From NCBI GenBank assembly GCA_964016885.1, contig OZ024764.1, positions 5,084,001 through 5,148,000 of the forward strand: a stretch of 64,000 nt of DNA. The letters run 5' to 3'. Made by a program: the position numbers and the translations under genes. The DNA is from Eledone cirrhosa. Its lineage: Eukaryota. This document shows positions 48,445 through 63,541 of the stretch, piece after piece; within the stretch, counting starts at the first letter, position 1; each line of letters opens with the position of its first letter. The notes beneath the pieces were generated by a model that saw nothing but the letters and a program-made list of their open reading frames with translations, did no database searches and was not told the origin of the DNA.

Positions 48445-51400
48445 TATCATATATGCCAGTGTACAAGTTGACATTTGGAGCCTAAAAATATCTCTCCAAA
48501 ACCAGGGGTCGACTTGTCTGCTGAATATAGTATGTTACCTTTACCACTGAGGGGTAAACAGTGAAACTGCCTGCCTAACACTTGTTGTACACCACTTACC
48601 ATAACTCTAGCAACCCACCACATTTATTTCTACTGAATCTCATATTTGTTAAGTTTAACGTAGAGATTATAGTAATATCAATGTCTTGCTGTAGCTTATA
48701 GGGTAGGTTACTGTTGGGTAGGTTACTGTAGCATAGGTTACCATAGGGTAGGATAGTGTCTGGTAGGTTACCATAGGGTAGGTTACGATAGGGCAGGATA
48801 CTGTAGGGTAAGTTACTGGAGGGTAGGTTACCATAGGGTAGGTTACCGTAGTGTAGGTTACCATTGGGTAGGTTATTATAGGGTAGGTTACCACAGGGTA
48901 GGTGACCATAGAATAGGTTACTGTAGGGTATTTTACCATAGGGTATGTTACCATAGGGTAGGTTACCTTATGGTAGGTTACCTTAAGGTAGGTTACCATA
49001 GGGTAAGTTACCATAGGGTAGGTTACCTTAGGGTAGGTGACCATAGTGTAGGCTACCATAGGTTAGGTTCTGTATGGTAGGTTAGGTTACTATAGGGTAG
49101 GTTACCATAGGGTAGGTTACGATAGGGTTAGTTACCATAGGGTAGGTTACCATAGCGTAGGTTACTATTGGGTAGGTTACCATAGGGTAGGTTACTGTAG
49201 GTTAGGTTACGTAGGGTAGGTTACCATAGGGTAGGTTGCCATAGAGTAGGTTATTATAGGGTAGGTTACCATAAGGTAGATTACCTCAGGGTATGTTACC
49301 ATATGGTAGGTTACCATAGGGTAGGTTACTGTAGGGTAGTTTACCATAGTGTAGGATACCTTAAATTAGGTTACCACAGGAAAAGTTACCATATGGTAGG
49401 TTACTGTAGGTTAGGTTACCATAGGGTAGGTTATCATAGGTTAGGTTACCAAAGGGTAGGTTACTATAGGTTGTTACCATTGGGTAGGTTACTGTAGGGT
49501 AACATAGGTTACGATAGTGTAGGTTAATATAACATAGGTCACCATAGTGTAGGTTACCTTAGATTAGGTTACCACAGGATAGGTTACCATATGGTAGGTT
49601 ACTGTAGGTTAGGTCACCATAGGGTAGGTTACTATAGGGTAGGCTACTATAGGTTGTTACCATAGGGTAGGTTACCATAGAGTAGGTTACAATATGGTTG
49701 GTTACCATAGTGTAGGTTACTATAACATTGGTTACCACAGTGTAGGTTACCTTAATTTAGGTTACCATAGGTTAGGTTACCGTATCGTAGGTTACTGTAG
49801 GTTAGGTTACAATAGGGTAGGTTACTATAGGGTAGGCTACCAATGATAGGTTATGATGGGTTAGGTTCCATAGGGTAGGTTACCACAGTATATGTTACCA
49901 TATGGTAGGTTAGGTTACCATAGGGTAGGTCACCATAGTGTAGGTTACTTTAGATTAGGTTACCATAGGGTAGGTTACCACAGGATAAGTTACCATATGG
50001 TAGGTTACTATAACATAGGTTACCAAAGTGTAGGTTTCTATAGGTTGTTACCATAGGGTAGGTTACTGTAGGGTAGGTTACTGTAAGGTAGGTTACCATA
50101 GGGTAGGATACTGTAGGGTAGGTTACCAGAGGGTAGGTTATTATAGTATAGGTTACCGTAGGGTAGGTTTCCATGAAGTAGGTGACCATAGGGTAGGTTA
50201 CTATAAGTTAGGTTACCATAGGGTAGGTTTCCATGAAGTAGGTTACCACAGGGTAGGTTAACATAAATTAGGTTACCTTAGGGTAGGTTACCATAAGTTA
50301 GGTTACCATACGGTAGGTTACCATAGGTTTGTTAAGGTTAGGCTAGGCTGGTCTACTCGGTGAGTTAAAACTCACTTGTGACTGTAGTGTTTTAGAAGAA
50401 GTGTCTTAATCTTTCGTGCACCACTAAATTTTTTAACTATTTCCCCTGAAACTGCCTTATTTTGGGGAGGTTATCTTATCAATCGAATAGCGTCCTAAAT
50501 CTAAATTACACCTCAGAATTTTAGGGGCCACGCTATGTACCGGATAGACTTGTACACCGGCATATATATATATGCAAAGAGAGCGAGAGAAACAGCGGGA
50601 GTGAGAGAGATACATTAAAACAATAACAGAGGTCTGACTGGAGAATTTACTTTAGAATTTTAAGAGAAAAGAGGAAGGTTTCAGACTTCTGGAATTCCTT
50701 CACGAAAATGTCCTATTTATCTGTAACACAAACTTCAAAAAATGAGACAACCACTTAATAACATATAGATCATGTGAGCCCACCAGCTAGATAGATTTCC
50801 TTGTTACCATAAGACAGAGTGACTGTTATAAACACAAAGTCCCTCCCTAGTGAAGAATGCACCTCCCAACATACCTTAGGAGACAAACTGGAAGAAAAGA
50901 TTATAGATCAAAATCAAAAGGTCTTAAAGTCAATTTGGTAAAGACTAAAGTTCTAGTAAGTAGAAAGGAAAACAGGGCCCAGATCTCTTCAGGTAAACTG
51001 TCCTGCTCAGTGTGCAGAAAAGGAGTAGGTAGAAATTCCATCCTATGTCCCATATAGAAATGATGGGTACACAAAAGATGTCGTGGGATCTCAGGGAGGC
51101 TAACAAAGAACGTAGCTTCTACATGTGGCCAATGAACAGGAGATGGAAATATCAAGAGCTCTCGGGTTACAATCTCCTTCAAATACCCGAAAGTCTCTGT
51201 AGAGGTGGTAGATAGTTTCTGTTACCTAGGTGACTAAATCAGCAGTGGAGTAGGGTGGTCCCAAAACTCAGTAACAAGAGTGAGATTAGATTGGAGAAAG
51301 TGCAGGGATCTACTACTACTGCTAACAACAAAAAGTTTTTCCCTCAAAATGAAGGGCAGACTGTATGATGCAGGTATACAAACAACAATGTTGCACAGCA

Positions 51401-52540
51401 GCGAGACCTGGGCACTGTGTGTAGAAGATCTGTAAAGATTGGAAAGAAATGAAGCCTCCATGCTTCAATGGATGTGCCATAGTAATATATGCAAATGGCA
51501 AAACATAAATGTACTGCGAGAGAAATTAGGCATAAGAGGGGTTAGATGCAGTGTGCAGGAGAGGGATTGTTTTGGTATAGACATGTGATGTGTATGAAGG
51601 GTGACAGCTGTATAAAAAGGTGCCGAACAAACAAAGTTGACAGAAACCGTGGAGTGGGCAGGTCTAGGAAGACATGGGATGAGGTAAGGAAAGCTGACTT
51701 TGCACAATTACACCTCGCTAAGGCAATGACACAGGAGGGTGACCTCTGGCGCTATGCACAATTATAGAGGACCTGCCCTCATAAATCCACGAGCTGAGGC
51801 ATATATCTAGTATGTAACACCTTCCCCACCATCATCCCTCCCAAACACCTTCACCCCTATAACTACATCCACAATCCACCAGACATTTTCCCTACCAACA
51901 CCCCACACAAGTTCCCAAACCTCACCATAAAGTGGTCCTGCTGCAGCCATGACAAATGTGTCCAGTCCACACTGTACAGTGGTCTTGTAGGTGTCCTGCC
52001 AAAAATCAATATTGGGCCTTAAAACCTTGAGTCCCTTTTGTTCTGTGTATGAACATAAATAATTGTTTCTACTTTTGGCACAAGGCCAGCAATTATCCAG
52101 TGCATTACTGGTACTTTATTTTATCGACCCCGTAAGGATGAAAGGCAAAGTTAACCTTGGCGGGATTTGAACTCAGATCATACAGGGAGGTAACTATGCT
52201 TCAAAGCATGGCGTCCGACTCTCTACCGATACTGCCAATCCACCGCCTGAACATAAATAAATAATTGTTTCTATTTTAGGCACAAGGCCAGCAATTACCC
52301 AGTACATGACTGGTACTTTATTTTATCGACCCCGTAAGGATGAAAGGCAAAGTTAACCTCGGCGGGATTTGAACTCAGATCATAAAGGGACGTAACTCTA
52401 TGCTTCAAAGCATGGTGTCCGACTCTCTACCGATACTGCCAATCCACCACCCTGAACATAAATAAATAATGTAATATATATATATATGTATGTGTGTGTG
52501 TATCTATTTATATATTTAACTATATTTTTTGTAATCACAG

Positions 52541-52582
52541 GACTGTTCCACTGCAGGGTTCCGCTAGAGGAAACAGTGACGA
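52541..52582 (+). CDS. 42-nt symmetric micro-exon, class A (TVPLQGSARGNSD)
   Basis: Identical to 30706-30747 with canonical borders. Confidence 0.65.
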
Positions 52583-52903
52583 GTAAGTTTTAGTTTTACA
52601 CACTATCTAACCATTATTCTATCTGTTCCTTCCCGTCTCTCTCTCTCTCTTTATATATATATATTTATATATACTAAGGTGTATTATTGGTTGTGTAAAA
52701 CGGTCCAATAAATTTTTGTTAGCAATATTAAGTCCTCCACGCTTTTGTATATCTCCAATTCCATTCAAGGGAACAGCTAGATGATGTAAAACGGAGTATT
52801 TCTATCAAAATGAAAATCCGAAGGCAAGGTAAAATTTCCAATCATTTTAATCACATCGTGATTAAAATGATTGGAAATCTTACCTTCCTTTGGATTTTCA
52901 TTT

Positions 52904-52949
<46 letters not shown>

Positions 52950-53588
52950 CTGTCTCTTATAAACCACGTTGGCTATTATGACACTCTCTCCAACATAGAG
53001 AGCTATGTTGGCGATTATGACTCTCTCTCTCCCTCTCTATGTTGGCTATTATGACTCTCTCTCTCTCTATGTTGGCTATTATGACTCTATCTCTCTATGT
53101 TGGCTATAATGACTCTCTCTCTCTCTATGTTGGCTATTATGTCTCTCTCTGTTCAAGCTTTATGAAGTTAGTTGAACATCTTCAAAGTCCTCCCATATTC
53201 GCCTTGTCTAATATGCGTTCTTGTACCTGATTATTTCCCCCAAATCTCCTGGGATGTTATAAACCATGATGGCTACCTATCTCACAAGTTCTCTCCTGCC
53301 CACCCCCTCACACCACCATAGTCTATTCGACCAATCAAACCTCAGCAACATGTCCCCCACCCATTAAAAACCCCAACAAACTCTGCCATTACTACTACTT
53401 CTACTTTTCTTCTAGCCCTTACCAGCCCTTTATTTTATTGACCCCGTAAGGATGAAAGGCAAAGTTAACCTCGGCGGGATTTGAACTCAGATCGGAAAGG
53501 GACGTAACTAAATAAATAATGTAATATATATATATGTATTTGTGTGTGTATCTATTTATATATTTAACTATATTTTTTGTAATCACAG

Positions 53589-53630
53589 GACTGATACAGA
53601 GGAGAGTACCGCTCTAGAAAAGAATGACAA
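53589..53630 (+). CDS. 42-nt symmetric micro-exon, class A (TDTEESTALEKND)
   Basis: Canonical borders; one substitution (K->E) versus its counterpart 31742-31783. Confidence 0.65.
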
Positions 53631-53694
53631 GTAAGTTTTAGTTTTACATACTATCTAACCATTATTCTATCTGTTCCTTCCCGTCTCTCTCTCT

Positions 53695-53732
<38 letters not shown>

Positions 53733-54559
53733 AGGTGTATTATTGGTTGTGTAAAACGGTCCAATAAATTTTTGTTAGCTTTTGTATATCTCCAATTCCA
53801 TTCAAGGGAACAGCTAGATGATGTAAAACGGAGTATTTGTATCAAAATGAAAATCCAAAGGCAAGGTAAAATTTCCAATCATTTTAATCTCGCCGTGATT
53901 AAAATGATTGCAAATCTTACCTTGCCTTTGGATTTTCATTTTGATATATATATATATATGTATATATATGACTCTGTCTCTTATAAACCACGTTGGCTAT
54001 TATGACACTCTCTCCAACATAGAGAGCTATGTTGGCTATTATGTCTCTCTCTCTCTCTATCTATGTTGGCTAATATGACTCTCTCTCTCTCTCTCTATGT
54101 TGGCTATTATGACTCTATCTCTCTCTATGTTGGCTATTATGTCTCTCTCTCTCTATCTATGTTGGCTATTATGACTCTCTCTCTCTCTATGTTGGCTATT
54201 ATGTCTCTCTCTCTCTATCTATGTTGGCTATTATGTCTCTCTCTGTTCAAGGTTTATGAAGTTAGTTGAACATCTTCAAAGTCCTCCCATATTCGCCTTG
54301 TCTAATATGCGTTCTTGTACCTGATTATTTCCCCCAAATCTCCTGGGATGTTATAAACCATGATGGCTACCTATCTCAAAATTTCTCTCCTGCCCACCCC
54401 CTCATACCACCATAGTCTATTCGACCAATCAAACCTCAGAAACATGTCCCCACCCATTACCAACCCCAACAAACTCTGCCATTACTACTACTTCTACTTT
54501 TCTTCTAGCCCTTACCAGCCCCAACAAACCCTGACATTATTACTACTATTGTCCTTCTA

Positions 54560-55814
54560 GCCATGGGCTGAGGATAAATGGGGCTACCCCAAATTAATAA
54601 ATGAATATGAATCCGCGAGTTACCAAGCACCCATGCAAAGCTTTAATTCAGAGACAGGAAGCATACACACCCCACTGCAAAAATTCACCCTTTCCCACGA
54701 GTGGTGGCAAATGCCCAAAACTCCGAGTTGGAACCATCAATGTAAGCACAATGAAAGGAAGAGCAGGAGAAATTGTAGAGATGCTAGAGCGAAAGAAAAT
54801 TGATGTATGCTGTGTGCAAGAGACTAGATGGAGAGCAGAGTCCGCTGGAGTCCTTGCAGGCAGAAGTCAGTGCTACCAATTTGTCTGGGTAGCAAATGAC
54901 AACAGGATGGGAGGTGTAGCTATCCTATTAGCTGACAAATGGGTAGATAAGGTAATCTCAGTGAACAGGGTGAATGCAAGAATAATGAAACTTGGACTAG
55001 TCCTGAATAAAACAATTGCCACAATAATATCAGCTTACGCACCCCAATTGGGGTTGCCAGCTGACTATAGCGGGGAATTTAGTTTAGAGGTCGGTGTCCA
55101 CCAGGGCTCTGTTCTTAGCCCACTCCTGTTCGTTAAAGTATTGCAAGTAATAATGGAGGTGATTATGACCGGATGCCCATGGGAACTCCTATATGCGGAT
55201 CATCTCACACTTATAGCCGAATCTATGGTGGAACTATACTTGCTCAGTATGTAGGAAAGGAGTAGGCTGGCTGCAAAAGGTTTTCCCCTCAAAATGAAAA
55301 GCAGACTGTATGATGTGGGTATACGAATAGCAATGTTACATAGTAGTGAAACCTGGGCGCCGTCTGTGGAAGACTTGCATAGATTAGAAAGAAACGAAGC
55401 CTGCATGCTCCGATGGATGTGTAATAGTAATATACGCAAACGGCAAAGCATAAATGAATTGAGAGAGTGACTGAGCATAAGAGGAATGAAATGCTGTGTG
55501 CAGGAGAGGATGTTGCATTGGACATGTGATGCGTATGAAGGATGACAGCTGTATAAAAAGGTGTAGAGCAGTAGAAGTCGATGGAAGCCGTGGAGTGGGG
55601 AGACCCAAGAAGAGCTGGGATGAGGTGATAAAAGCCGGACTCACTGTAAATGAGGTTGGTGTTAGGAAGGGCATCCAGCTGTAGGAATCAAGCCAGAATC
55701 AGTTCCTGTATGAGCAAGACAAGGTCAGCTGAACAGACACTGCCCACAACAGGACAACCCGTCTAACCCATGCTTGCGTGGAAGAATGGACGTAAAACAG
55801 TGATGAAGATGATA
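54560..55814 (+). mobile_element. internally deleted RTE LINE, copy 6
   Basis: ORF 54601-55254. Confidence 0.9.
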
Positions 55815-58800
55815 TATCATATATGCTAGTGTACTATTTGACATTTGGAGCCTAAAAATATCTCTCCAAAACCAGGGGTCGACTTGTCTGCTGAATATAG
55901 TATGTTACCTTTACCACTGAGGGGTAAACAGTGAAACTGCCTGCCTAACACTTGTTGTACACCACTTACCATAACTCTAACAACCCACCACATTTATTTC
56001 TACTGAATCTCATATTTGTTAAGTTTAACGTAGAGATTATAGTAATATCAATGTCTTGCTGTAGCTTATAGGGTAGGTTACCATACGGTAGGGTACTGTA
56101 GGGTAGGTTACCATAGGGCAGGTTACTGTAGGGTAGGATACTGTCTGGTAGGTTACCATAGGGTAGGTTACTGTAGGGTAGGTTACTATAGGGTAGGTTA
56201 CTGTAGGGTAGGTTACTGTAGGGTAGGTTACTATAGGGTAGGTTACTGTATGGTAGATTACTCTAGGCTAGGTTACCATAGGGTAGGTTACTGTAGTGTA
56301 GGTTACCATAGGGTAGGTTACCACAGAGTAGGTGACCATAGGGTATGTTATTATAGGGTAGGTAACTGTAGGTTAGGTTACTGTAGGGTAGGTTACCTTA
56401 TGGTAAGTTACTATAGGGTAGGTTACCATAGTGTAGGTTACCTTATGGTAAGTTACTATAGGGTAGGTTACCATAGGGTAGGTTACCTTAGTGTAGGTAA
56501 GAATAGGGTAGGTTACCATAGGTTAGGTTACCATAGGTTAGGTTACTGTAGGGTAGGTTACCATAAGGTAGGTTACCATAGGGTAGGTTACTGTAGGGTA
56601 GGTTACCATAGGGTAGGTTACTGTAGGTAGGTTACCGTAGGTTAGGTTACTGTAGGGTAGGTTAACATAGGGTATGTTAGCATAGGGTTGGTTACCATAG
56701 GTTAAGTTCATATAGGTTGTTACCATATTGTAGGTTACTGTAGGGTAGGTTGCTATAGGGTAGGTTATCGTAGAGTAGGTTACCATAAGGTAGGTTACCG
56801 TAGGGTAGGTTACTATAGGGTAGGGTATCATAGGATAGGTTACCATAGAGTAGGTTACCTTAGGGTAGTTTACTATAAGATAGGTTACCATAGTGTAGCT
56901 TACCATAGGGTAGGTTGTTACCATAGGCAAGGTTACTATAGGGTGGGTTACCATAGGGTAGTTTATGATATGGTTGGTTACCATAGTGTAGGTTACTATA
57001 ACATAGGTTACCATAGTGTAGGATACCTTAGATTAGGTTACCACAGGATAGGTTACTGTAGGTTAGGTTACCATATGGTAGGTTACCATAGGTTAGGTTA
57101 GCAATGGGTAGGTTACTATAGGTTGTTACCATAAGGTAGGTTACTGTATGGTGGGTTACCATAGGGTAGGGTACCATAAAGTAGGTTATTATAGTGTAGG
57201 TTACCTTAGGATAGGTAACCATAGGGTAGGTTACTATGGGGTAAGTTACCATAGGGTAGGTTCCCATAGGGTAGGTTAACATAAGCTAGGTTACCTCAGG
57301 GTAGGTTACCATACCATAAAGTAGGTTACCATAGGTTTGTTAAGGTTAGGCTAGGCTGGTTTACTCGGTGAGTTAAAACTCACTTGTGACTGTAGTGTTT
57401 TAGAAGTGTCTCAATCTTTCATGCACCACTAAATTTTTTAACTATTTCCCCTGAAACTGCCTTATTTTTGGGGGTCATCTTATCAATCGAATAGCGTCCT
57501 AAATCTAAATTATACTTCAGAATTTTAGGGGCCGACTTATGTACCGGATAGACTTGTACACCGGCATATATGGTATATATATATATATGCATGGAGGCAC
57601 ATGGCTTAGTGGTTAGAGCATTGGTCATGCAATCGAAAGGTTGTGAGTTCAATTCTCAGACCGGGTGATGTGTTGGTTCCTTGAGCAAGACACTTTATTT
57701 CACATTGCTCCAGTTTACTCAGCTGTAGAAATGAGATGATAGGGACTGGGGTCCCTATCATTCCACTGCAAAGTGGTCGTGGAGGTGCCACGGCAAAAAA
57801 AGCACCCAGCACTCACTGTAAATGAGGTTGGTGACAGGAAGGGAATACAGCTGTAGAAATCAAGCCAGAATCAGTTCCCGTCCCGCCCTTGCAAGCAGGG
57901 AAAAGTGGACGTAAAATGAAATGATGAAAGAGAGATAGAGAGAAAGAGAGGGAGTGAGAGAGATACGTTAAAACAATAACAGAAGGTCTGACTGGAGAAT
58001 TTACTTTAGAATTCCTTCACGGAAATGTCTTATTTATCTGTAACACAAACTTCAAAAAACAAGACAACCACTTAATAATCGATAGATCAAGTGAGCCCTC
58101 CAGCTAGATAGATTTCCTTGTTACCAGAAGATAGAGTGACTGTTATAAACACAAAGTCCTTCCCTAGTGAAGAATGCACCTCCCAACATACCTTAGAATA
58201 CAACCTGGAAGAAAAGAGTATAGATCAAAATCAAAAGGTCTTAAAGTCAATTTGGTAAAGACTAAAGTTCTAGTAAGTAGAAAGGAAAACTGGGCCCAGA
58301 TCTCTTCAGGTAAACTGTCCTGCTCAGTGTGCAGAAAAGGAGTAGGTAGAAATTCCATCCTATGTCCCATATAGAAATGATGGGTACACAAAAGATGTTG
58401 TGGGATCTCAGGAAGGCTAACAAAGAACGTAGCTTCTACATGTGGCCAGTGAACAGGGGCAGGAAATATCAAGAGCTCTCGAGTTACAATCTCCTTCAAA
58501 TGCCCAAATGTCTCTGCAGAGGTGGTAGATAGTTTCTGTTACTTAGGTGACTAAATCAGCAGTGGAGGAGGGTGGTCCAAAAACTCAGTAACAAGAGTGA
58601 GATTAGATTGGAGAAAGTGCAGGGATCTACTACTACTGCTAACTACAAAACATTTTTCCATCAAAATGAAGGGCCGACTGTATGATGCAGGTATACAAAC
58701 AACAATGTTGCACAGCAGCGAGACCTGGGCACTGTGTGTAGAAGATCTGTAAAGATTGGAAAGAAATGAAGCCTCCATGCTTCAATGGATGTGCCATAGT

Positions 58801-60765
58801 AATATATGCAAATGGCAAAACATAGGTTACCATTGGGTAGGTTACTGTAGGGTAGGGTACCATAGGGTGGGTTACCATAGCGTAGATTACTGAATGGTAG
58901 GTTACATTTCGTTAGGTTACTGTAGGGTCGGTTACCATAGGGTAGGTTACCATAGGGTGGGTTACCATAGGGTAGGTTACTGTAGGGTAGGTTACCATAG
59001 GGTAGTTATGTAGGGTAGGTTACCATAGTGTAGGTTACTGTAGGGTAGGTTACCATAGAGTAGGATACTGTAGGGTAGGTTACCATAGGTTAGGTCACTG
59101 TAGGGTAGGTTACCATAGGGTAGGTTATTATAGGGTAGGTTACCATAGGTTAGGTTACTATAGGGTTGGTTGCCATAGGGTATGTTACCATAGGGTAGGT
59201 TACTATAAGGTAGGTTACCATACCATAGGTTAGGTTACCATATGTTTGTTAAGGTTAGGCTAGGCTGGTTTACTCGGTGAGTTAAAACTCACTTGCGACT
59301 GTAGTGTTTTAGAAGAAGTGTCTTAATCTTTAGTGCGCCACTAAATTTTTTAACTATTTCCCCTGAAACTGCCTTATTTTTTGGGTGTCGTCTTATGAAT
59401 CGAATAGTGTCGTATAGGACTATCTGGCATGTTTTCTATGGCTGGATGCCCTTCCTAACACCAACCACGTTTACAGTGTGGGGACTGGGAGGTTTTTACC
59501 ATGTTAACTACACGGCCAATTTACAGCGTGGACTGTGTGTTTTATTGTCATGACACCTACACAACCTCATTTATTTAGGACTGGATGTTGTGTGACCAAC
59601 ATAATTTTACAGAGATGGGGGTGGGAGTAGTGGGGTGGGGGCGTATATTTGGTTAAGAGGTGCCTACTGACTGTAGGTTTCGCTTTGTACTTAGGCAAGG
59701 GTGGTCTTCTGTATTACTGCGTAGCGCCAAAGATCTTGGTTCAGTGACATTGTCTTGGAGAGGTGTAAGTGTGTGAGATCGGAATTTATCAATTCGTCCC
59801 AGGGTTTTCTGGGTCTGCCTACTCCGTGGCTACCATCTATTTTGATCGCCCTGCACTTTTTTATACAGCTGTCGTCTTTCATGCGCATCACGTGACCATA
59901 CCAACGTAGTCTTCTCTCGAGTACACAACATCTGATCCCTCTTATTCCTAATTTCTCACTTAGTTCATTTATGCTTTGCCGTTCACGTATATTACTATTA
60001 CACATCCAGCGGAGCATGCAAACTTCATTCCTCTCCAGTCTGCGTATATCCTCTGCACACAATGCCCAAGTCTCACTGCCATGTAACATTGTTGTTCGTA
60101 TGCAGGCATCATACAGCCTGCCTTTCATTTTTAGAGAGAACCCTTTAGCGGCCAATCGTACAATGAAAAGAGCGTCTGTGATACTTTTACCTGACACAAA
60201 CCCAAACTGCATTTCATCTAGATCAATTCTCTCTCTGATTAGTTGCGCTATTACTTTTTCTGTGACCCTCATGAACTGGTCAATTAATTTAATGCCTCTA
60301 TAGTTTCCCCTATCTAGGGCATCTCCTTTACCCTTGTAGCAGTTAATGATGATGATATATATATAAAAGAAATAGGATTTCGCTTCAAGCATATCTTTAT
60401 ACAATATGTATAAATATTTTGTATCTCCAAAGAAATACGGTTTTAGGAAGCCTTAGCTCTGCAAACCCTGGGGGGCTAACGTCCTCTGGTGATGTCCAGC
60501 AGAAGCAAGGGGGACAACCGTCTATGCATTTCAGGCTTAACTGGCCATCGTCAGGACAGTCCCTCCCACTGCTTGCGACTGCTGGCCAGTTAAGCATGAA
60601 ATGCATAGACGGTTGTCCCCCTTGCTTCTGCTGGACATCACCAGAGGCCTTGAAACCTTAAGTCCCTTTTGTTCTGTGTATGAACAGAAATAAATAATGT
60701 AATATATATATGTATGTATGTGTGTGTATCTATTTATATATTTAACTATATTTTTCTCATTACAG

Positions 60766-60795
60766 GAACACCACTAATTTCTTCGAAAAATGTAT
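60766..60795 (+). CDS. 30-nt symmetric micro-exon, class B (NTTNFFEKC)
   Basis: Identical to 38935-38964. Confidence 0.6.
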
Positions 60796-61646
60796 GTAAG
60801 TGTTACCTTAACATACTGTCTAACCATTGTTTAATCTGCTCCTCCCTCTACCTCTCCCTTTATACACACACACACATATATACCCCTATATATATATGTA
60901 TACACACACACACACAAATATATACACATATATACATATATATATACACACATATATATATAATCACATATATATATACATATATACAAGCGAGACACGG
61001 CCTGCTGACCAATCTCGCCTTAAGTGGGACAAAACCGTCCAACCCATGCTAGCATGGAAGATGGACTTTAAATGATGATGATATATACACACTGACACAT
61101 ATATATATACATATATATATACACATATATATACGCATATATTTATATATATATATGAGTTCAAGTCCGCCGAGGTTAACTTTGCCTTTCATCTTTACGA
61201 GGTCGATAAAATAAAGTACCAGTGGTGTACTGGGGTAATCGCTGGCCTTGTGCCAAAAGTAGAAACTATAATTATATATATATAACCAAAGATTAATATA
61301 GTTCGTTGATTGCTCAACGAATACAGTTGTACAATAGATTAGAAGAACTCAACAGTGAAAGTTTTCCTGGACTTTTTAATATTAACAAATGAAAAATATT
61401 CTCATAATCAAAATATATACTTTATTATATACATTTCAAAGGTATATGACATACCTCTACGGTCTTGATTCTTCAATTCCAGTATTGCAGTCACTGCCAA
61501 TACTGGAATTGAAGAATCAAGACCGTAGCGCTATGTCATAATCATATATTTTGTCTGATGAGGACGTACTGAAAAAACAACAATATATATAATATAGTAT
61601 ATATTTTGATTATGCGAATATTTTTCATTTGTTAACATTTTGAATA

Positions 61647-61714
<68 letters not shown>

Positions 61715-61780
61715 AGGTAAAATTAATAATGAAAGAGTTGCAAGCCTTTAAAACATATCTTTATAAAGCTCTTACATATG

Positions 61781-61856
<76 letters not shown>

Positions 61857-63541
61857 TCATTATCATTTTATGTCCGCTTTTCCCTGCTTGCAAGGGTTGG
61901 GCTCTCACCACCACTGGCCATGTTTTTCGTGGTCTTCCTTTTACTGGGATTTTTTAGCACCTCTTTACCCAGCAGTCATCCTCGATGCGCATCACTTGTC
62001 CATACCATCTCAGTCTTCTCTCCTGCACACCACAACTCATCCCCAGTTTCTCTCTCAACTCATCTATGGTCTTGTCGTTCACGCACATTGACACACACAC
62101 ACACACACACATATATATATTAATTCTATTGACTGATTAATAGCTCTTGTTAATTTTAAAACCATTCTGTTGAGAGCTTAATTCGTTCTGTGATATTTTG
62201 CAATTTTGCAATAACACACATACTGAATTCATCCGCCAAAACTAAGGGCTGTCCCCCCCCCCCCCCTGTGAAGCCCCACGTGGGTTTTGATAACGGTCAG
62301 TCCTTGGCTTGGCACTGAACTAAAAGCCTGTTGAGAAAGTGACTTCCTTGTTCGATCATCATACCAAAAGCTTAACATTATTTGTCTAAGTAGACAGTAC
62401 TTGATTTAGGAGTTGCAGAAACCCAATACTGGATATTACCAACCTTCCAGGGGTCCGGGTATAATTTTCCATCATATTTTATTTGTTTTACTCGAATTAC
62501 TTGGTCGTGTCTATGGCTGTGCGGATAATTGTTTAACCATCGTCTCAGTGTGTTTGGCCTTTTAACTTATGTTGTTGCTCTAGTTCACTAGCTTCTATGG
62601 AGCGCCTGCCACACATCTCGGAAGTTGTTTTTCGTTAATTTCCAATAGCAGAAATGCAATTCTCGCTAATTTATATATATATATATATATATATACACGT
62701 ATAAGGGATAACAAAATATCGTTATAGGTAATCCAGGTAGAAGTTGTGAATACTCTGTATTGTGGTTAGTCTTAGTCTACGGCGTTGTTTGACTCAACAA
62801 GAGGTTTCCGTAGGTGGCAAGTATTTGAGTTCTCTTGAATTTCTATGTAAGTTTATCTTGGAGTAATAATATTGAAAGCGTGAAGAATAACATGGTCAAC
62901 AGTACAAAAGAAGGTTTTTATTTACAGTATTAACAATTGTTTCACTGATTAAGTTGTCTAAAAATCGCTGAAAACTTAAAGCTGTGCCACTCAATCTACT
63001 ATATATATTGGAAGTGGTCGGACGTTGTATATTTAAGTAAATAAGTAGGTGTAGTCGGATAAACGTCGAAACGGCTTGGTAGAATGCAGCGAAAATTTAC
63101 ACAGTTATGCAGAATTGTAGCAGTTAATGATGATATATATGTAAAAGAAATAGGATTTCGCTTCAAGCATATCTTTATACAATATGTATAAATATTTTAT
63201 ATCTCCAAAGAAATACGGTTTTAGGAAGCCTTAGCTCTGCAAACCCTGGGGGGCTAACGTCCTCTGGTGATGTCCAGCAGAAGCAAGGGGGACAACCGTC
63301 TATGCATTTCAGGCTTAACTGACCATCGTCTGGACAGTCCCTCCCACTGCTTGCGACTGCTGGCCAGTTAAGCATGAAATGCATAGACGGTTGTCCCCCT
63401 TGCTTCTGCTGGACATCACCAGAGGCCTTGAAACCCTAAGTCCCTTTTGTTCTGTGTATGAACAGAAATAAATAATGTAATATATATATATGTATGTGTG
63501 TGTATCTATTTATATATTTAACTATATTTTTCTCATTACAG

